Positions 57,426 through 64,000 of a stretch of 64,000 nt of DNA are shown here, in pieces; within the stretch, counting starts at the first letter, position 1, and each line of letters begins with the position of its first letter. The notes below the pieces were generated by a model that did no database searches, was not told the DNA's origin, and worked only from the letters and a program-made list of their open reading frames with translations. This DNA is from Eledone cirrhosa (taxonomy: Eukaryota): the NCBI GenBank assembly GCA_964016885.1, contig OZ024742.1:135718001-135782000 (forward strand), in the 5' to 3' direction. Made by a program: the position numbers and the translations under genes.

Positions 57426-57988
57426 AGACTTAAATAGTTATGTGAATCGCTAGGCACCCATATGATACTGTGTTCATCCCCGTCGCCCGTCAGCTTGGGT
57501 AAATAAATGGATTTTACTATAGCGTTAGGTTAACCAATGCCTATACCAATATATATGTATATATTTGTGAGTGTTTCTATGTGGGTGTGCCCGTTGTCTT
57601 TGCTTCTGCTTCTATCTCTGTCTATGTTTATGTCCCATAATTTGGCGGTTCGACAAAAGGCGCAGATTTGGAAAAGAAATGCTGAGGTCATTACATTAGT
57701 TCACTCGTAAGCCTTGGGGAGTCGTAGGGGCACCGTCGTGATATAATGAATTCCTTTGGCATTTTTAAAACCTGACCGAGCATATCTCCTGACCAGATCT
57801 CAACACAGCCGATTTATTCCAGAGAAGTGGAGAGAGAGAGTTAGAGTGGAAGCGACAAAGAGAAGAATTTTCCAGTTGTTTCAATCATCGGAACAGCCTG
57901 TTCTTAAAATTAATGTGCATGTGGTTCAGCATTACAAAGACACGTTTATCGTTAAGATAGTTCTCAGGGAGATTCAGTGTGACATAAT

Positions 57989-58170
57989 TGTTTCTACTAT
58001 TGGCACAAGGCCAGCAATTACCCAGTACATTACTGGTACTTTATTTTATCGATCCCGTAAGGATGAAAGGCAAAGTTAACCTCGGCGGGATTTGAACTCA
58101 GAATTACAAGGGCCGTAACTCTATGCGTCAAAGCGTCTGACCCTCTACCGATACTGTCAATTCACCGCCC
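57989..58170 (-). mobile_element. SINE family 1 nested in family 3 repeat, 13-bp TSD
   Basis: AGTGTGACATAAT at 57976-57988 and 58172-58184. Confidence 0.92.
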
Positions 58171-58457
58171 TAGTGTGACATAATGTGTGACAATCTGTCC
58201 CATAAAATTACAGGTACAAATTATTTTTACAGCCGTGCAGTCAAGAGCAGAGTGAAATAGCCACCTTGAATTGGTCACGAAATTTTATGATCGAGATATT
58301 CTACCAACTAAACTAAGTATTGGTCTTGTCGGTGTTGTTAGTGTTGTTAGAGTTGTTAGAGACGTTAGTTGTGTTGGGATTGTTATCAGAGATGTAATAC
58401 AGTTTACCTGTTCTGCTGGTTTTGTTGTTCCTGTTGTAAATGACGGATGAAATTGTG

Positions 58458-58633
58458 ATTTCTTATATAGGCACAAGGCCAGCAATTATCCCAGTGCATT
58501 ACTGGTACTTTATTTTATCGACCCCGTAAGGATGAAAGGCAAAGTTAACCTCTGGGAGATTTGAACTCAGAATGTAAAGGGTCGTAACTCTATGCATGGC
58601 TCCCGACCCTCTACCGATTCTGCCAATCCACCA
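58458..58633 (-). mobile_element. SINE family 1
   Basis: GGCACAAGGCCAGCAATT..core..CTGCCAATCCACC. Confidence 0.88.
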
Positions 58634-58748
58634 TGGATGAAATAATGATAACAATGGTAGCATTGATAACAACTAGGAAGTCAATACAAAGAATATGGTT
58701 CTATTAATGTGGACAAGAACTTAGTGTGTGTTGTTAGGATGTTATAGG

Positions 58749-58794
58749 TGATGATGATATTGATGATGATGACGAGGATGTTGGTGACGACGAC

Positions 58795-58851
<57 letters not shown>

Positions 58852-58930
58852 TAAGATGAGGATGAGGAGGAAGACGGTGATGAATATGATGGTGACGATG
58901 ACGACGACGACGATGATGATGATGATGATA

Positions 58931-58978
<48 letters not shown>

Positions 58979-59010
58979 GTGACGACGATGATGATGACGA
59001 TGACGATGGT
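58749..59010. repeat. (GAT)n microsatellite
   Basis: Directly visible. Confidence 0.95.
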
Positions 59011-59724
59011 GGGGGGGGGTTAGTGGTGACGACATGACTCCGTCGCTGATGACGATGACTTCAAGGCGATGGTGGAGAGGACAATGATACAAATGTTGAC
59101 GACGGTAATAATGATGATATTCATTACCGGACGTTCTACAATGATGACGATGATGATGATTATGACAATGCCGATGGTGACGACATATGTCAAAATGAAC
59201 GACGATTATCCTTATGATGATGATGATGACACAACGACAACGGCATTGCTGTTGGTGATGAATGGCAATGATGCTAGTGATGAAAGTGATGACAATATAG
59301 TTGTGTACTCAGTATCTGTGCACTAGATGTACCTGTTGATTTGCTGCTATTGTCATCATATATTTGCCATATTGATCGTCGCCATTGTCCAAACTAAATT
59401 TCTTTGGACACAACTTTTAAGCAAACAAACAATACAATGTTTTCTTTATAACTATTCGTTGATATAGCTTTCTTTTATTATTAATCATATAGTTTTTATT
59501 GATGTTGTTGTAGTGTTTGTTTTTGTTGGTGTTGTAGTTGCTGTGGTTGTTGTTTTATTGTCGTGAATTGGCAGAATGTTTAGAGAGCTGCGGGAAATGA
59601 TTTGTGCCTTTTGACTTGGCTGCGTATGTTCTACATACAAAATGTCCTGTAGTCAAATTTGTCTTTTTATCATTCTGGAGTGATACAATAAATTACCAGT
59701 AAAATACTGGGGTCTAAATAATTG

Positions 59725-59963
59725 AGAGCCTCCAACAACGTATGACCATCCATAAATCACAAATCAAAATACAGAAATACAGAAAGATTGCGTTTAGTGA
59801 ACATATCGCCAATTGTGCACCCAACCAACATCCCAACTTTAAAATTTTCCTAATTTACAAATTCATAGACAACGCTACTTTCATCCATCGTACCAATAAG
59901 GAAACGTATTTCATTAACAAATTCCAACCTCTACTTAATGCACTAAACTTCGGACTAAAGTAA
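59725..59963 (+). mobile_element. PLE GIY-YIG C-terminal fragment
   Basis: LQQRMTIHKSQI..YR..FSEHIANC..FKI..RTNKETYFINKFQPLLN, matching the PLE endonuclease end (E..FI..F.P.LN). Confidence 0.75.
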
Positions 59964-60601
59964 AACTGGAACGAACAATCAAACATTTACAAATACCTAT
60001 GTCTCTCTACCTACCCTACACCCTACCTAATCCTTTTTCTTAAATAAATTAAATATCATCCAGCATGAATTACCTCCCCCTGCATCTCTCTAAAAAGGGA
60101 AATCATATCAAACCCCAGTCCACCATTTGCCTCCATCATGGATCAACTAAGCACTCTTGCTATATTAACACATTTTGATCTGCTTATCTTCAAGAACTAT
60201 GTCTGTAAATAACATTTTTCTTTCATATTGCCTTATTATGCTCCACATTACGCTCCTTTTTTTCTTTTTTTTTTCACTTCATAAACCTTGTTTGTAAATA
60301 ACATTATTCTTTCTGCACCATTTCTTTAACATGTCCAACACCACCATTCTACACCAATACATATTATTATCATTTGATAATGCATAAAAATGCTGACACC
60401 GGTAATAGACAATTATTAAATATATAAATAAATAAATAAATGCCATTGTTAATTAACAAATAAATCAACTAATACCTTAACACTTCACACGAAGTAAAAT
60501 ATTTCGTTTTAATCATTTTCTAACCCAGAAAAAAGAGAGAATAAAATAAAAAGGGGAAAAAAAAACATTTTTCTTCCTAATAATCGTCTTTTTCTCCCTG
60601 T

Positions 60602-60645
<44 letters not shown>

Positions 60646-60683
60646 ATACTTTGGGAGGGTTATACTATGGTTATATATATATA

Positions 60684-61330
60684 TATAAGTATGTACACGT
60701 ACATACATATATGTATACAGACGCACAGCAGTATGTATATATATATACATACATGCACACACATATATACGTACGTATGGATTCACCGAACATTTATTAT
60801 AATGCTCGGTGTGTTTGTAAACAAGCATCCCGTATTAAGCCGTAGTGTCCAGCAACCATCGTTGCTCGTTTGTTCAACACTGACAAAGGAACGCTCTACT
60901 AGTTTCAAGCTTATTAGCTATCGTCAGCAACGTATACCTTCCTGCCAGATTGTTGAACGTATATACTTACCTGATGCATATTAACGGCTGAGTAGCCCAA
61001 TTTGCATATCGAGTGGGTTAATCGGCCGGGTGCAGCGAAAACGATAAACGGAAAAAATGAAACGAAATTTCATTTCCCAGTCTTAGTGCGGCTGTTACTT
61101 AAATATAAGTATGTACTTAAATATAAGTGTTTGTTTATAAACACACCGAGCATTATAATAAATGTTCGGTGAATTCATACGTACATATACATGTGTGTGC
61201 ATGTATGTATATATATATACATACTACTGTACGTCTGTATACATATATGTATGTACGTATACATACTTATATTTAAGTAACAGCCGTACTAAGAGTGGGA
61301 AATGAAATTTCGTTTCATTTTTTCCATTTA
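60684..61330 (-). mobile_element. Second copy of ~420-bp retrozyme-like unit with inverted segment; hammerhead 60892-60932
   Basis: ATAAGTATGTAC at 60685 and 61105; 61128-61330 is the reverse complement of part of the unit. Confidence 0.88.
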
Positions 61331-61337
61331 TATATAT

Positions 61338-61397
<60 letters not shown>

Positions 61398-62279
61398 TTA
61401 AACACACAACATGACCTTCATATCCTCAACTGACATTTCATCCCGCTTATGTTCAACAATTGACAGTAATGAGGCAACTGTAGAGCTACACTCAGTCGCA
61501 CATTACGTTAGAAATAGCTGCTACATATTCCTTAACGTCTCGCCTTGCCGTTTTGAAAAGAAACAAATGAAAAGAATCATACAATACAGTGCTACATACA
61601 ATATATCTAAATTTAAACTAGAACGACCATGTCCGGGGGATATTCGTTGATATGACTACCTGATTAAAACTGAACTGGAGCAGCCAACAACCAAAAGAGC
61701 ATAACGTTACCAACAGCTGTGTTCACCTAACTGTAAATAGCATCGTATCTATCGCTTTGTGAATCTGACGAGTGTTGTACCGAGTCTTGAAGAGAAAGAG
61801 ATATAGTTCACGTGTTATTACGTCTGCAACAAACCAGAGACAAATACATGTTCTATGTTTCCTTAGGATTAATTCGGTAACGGATTAGCGGAACACCGTA
61901 GGTTTTAACCATCATGACTATTGACAAGTCTGTCTTGCTATATGGAGCTGAAATGAAATAGAACATGATATAAGATAGTGGCGGAAGCAATCCTGGTGGT
62001 GAAATTTGAATGTTTTCTTTAACACACGTTTATGAATGATGGTGTTGTTGTCACAATACAATCAATAAACATGATGGCTTTTTTTTCTGTGAGAAGAGAT
62101 TAAATTTACTACAGTAAGGCATCGAATCATTCATCAATTCAACAACTGTGTCACTGGTTCTAGCAGCGATGTTCATCTCTGTGCGTTAATTTCAGATATA
62201 AATGATCCATTATAGATTTATACGGCATATGATTAGATTTGAACATTTAATGAAGAATGTTTCTACTCTGTTGACTTCA

Positions 62280-62354
<75 letters not shown>

Positions 62355-62431
62355 CATGTTATCTGTATGCATGTTATCTGTCGATAAAAGGGCAAGAAAA
62401 ACAATGCTGAATCTATTGCACGTGAGCTTAC

Positions 62432-62471
<40 letters not shown>

Positions 62472-62985
62472 CAATTAACATTTATTCGAAACCTTTTGTT
62501 TCGGGTTCCAGATATGCTCACCACTGTATAATGGAGGAACCGTTTCTAAACTGGTCTCTCATCGGGTGATAGAAAATTACCATTATACAATGGGTGCCAT
62601 ATCTGGACCGCGAATCCTAAGATCACGCATATATATTGTGTATAAAATTTTGAACATATATATATATACCAGGACTGAACAGAGTCTGATTTTCCGCCTT
62701 GGGTCCTGTTTCCATAATAGACTCAACTCCCCTCCCCAATTTCTTTAAAATTATACATATAGGTTCGTCCTTAATTCACTACCCCTTGCTCCCGTCACGT
62801 TTACCCCGTCCATTATCACACTAGCGCTTGTACATTCTTCCCTAGATTCCTATGGCTCTCTTATGGTCAGATACATATACTCTTAATGCTGATACAGTCC
62901 AACTAAATACGCACACACACCTCTACTTTCTCCTTCACACATTCCCTTATGTTAACATACTTTTCATCAGAGCATCATACTTACA

Positions 62986-63096
<111 letters not shown>

Positions 63097-64000
63097 TCTT
63101 TGACATCTATATACACACACTTATCCTCTTAGCTTCGTACGGACGTATAACACACAGGGGCATACGCACGCGCACACGTATAGCTCTAAATACTAAACGT
63201 TTTTTTTTTTTTCCATTTCAGATAGACGCGCTCCATCATCCACTTTTCTAAAAAAGTGTATCATACACAAAACCCCAAGAGATGGCAACAAGAATGGACT
63301 TGTTATTTTCCTCTAAAAACATTTTATCTGATTCTGCCCTGCCGTCCCTTCAATCTTTCTTAGCGTCCGAAACGTTAAGACCCCCCTCTTGCTATTTCAA
63401 GCGTTAGACCTTCCATATACTGTATTCCTTCCATATACTGTACCATTTGTGTTGTTTGTTATGTCTGTTTACATTTTACATGGTGGCTGCCAACTCGTTT
63501 TCGAGTACGGCCACTACTTTATATCCATGTAGGAGAACCCCTACCGATGCGCTGAACGAGTGTGACTTTTTAGTCCAGCCAGCGACTTGAAAACTCTGGT
63601 ACAAACACTACACTTGTGACAATTATTGACACATAGTGCTGGGCCCATGGTACCATGTGATGACAAGTGCGGAGAGATCTCCAGATATAAAGCAATGCCT
63701 GTGCTGTGAAGCTTTTATAGTGAGCAAAGGCACTGCACAAAGCCAGTCCCACTCTCTTAACCAAGATGATATTTACCAAAAAGAAGAACAAGTCAACATC
63801 ATTGGATACCATCAGGGTTGCAGGTGTTATATCAGAGTTTTCCTTCTCTTAGAATTCTGCCTTGACAAAGGCTAAGGGGTCATCTCTCCCAGTGATTTTG
63901 GATGGCCATTGACTCTTAAGAGCTCCTTTGCCCTTCGACAGGTTTTGTTTTTAGTCCTGCAGGATGTCCAAAGTCACCCTCTTCACCAAGAAACCTTGGT

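Noticed and set aside
62500-62612. Imperfect fold-back with CCGATGA..GAAAC in the loop
   Set aside because: Stems too degenerate to call.
63470-64000. LINE 5' region
   Set aside because: Only vague resemblance, truncated by the window edge, no protein motif.

Overview
Eukaryotic, AT-rich, microsatellite-saturated non-coding DNA. The SINE, microsatellite and retroelement make-up suggests an octopus (coleoid cephalopod) genome; this is inference. I found no supportable host gene, and most long ORFs in the track are translated simple repeats. Recognisable content: one near-complete Penelope-like element (PLE; RT + GIY-YIG, 195-bp direct pLTRs), a second decayed PLE with a YRDD RT and CxCx5C linker, a PLE 3' fragment, RTE-LINE relics, a Helitron helicase fragment, two MITEs and more than 20 tRNA-derived SINEs. 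The main signal is that many short inserts inside (TA)n tracts carry a type I hammerhead ribozyme motif. I read about 22 complete or near-complete cores from about 10 sequence families, plus several 3' half-cores. They occur as partial tandems (420- and 525-bp units, retrozyme-like) or fold-back palindromes. In three families the fold-back axis lies in the predicted stem II, and several families share non-canonical core variants (U4A, U4C, U.U or C.A at 10.1-11.1, extra A after A9). All folds were done by eye and none has been tested for cleavage.
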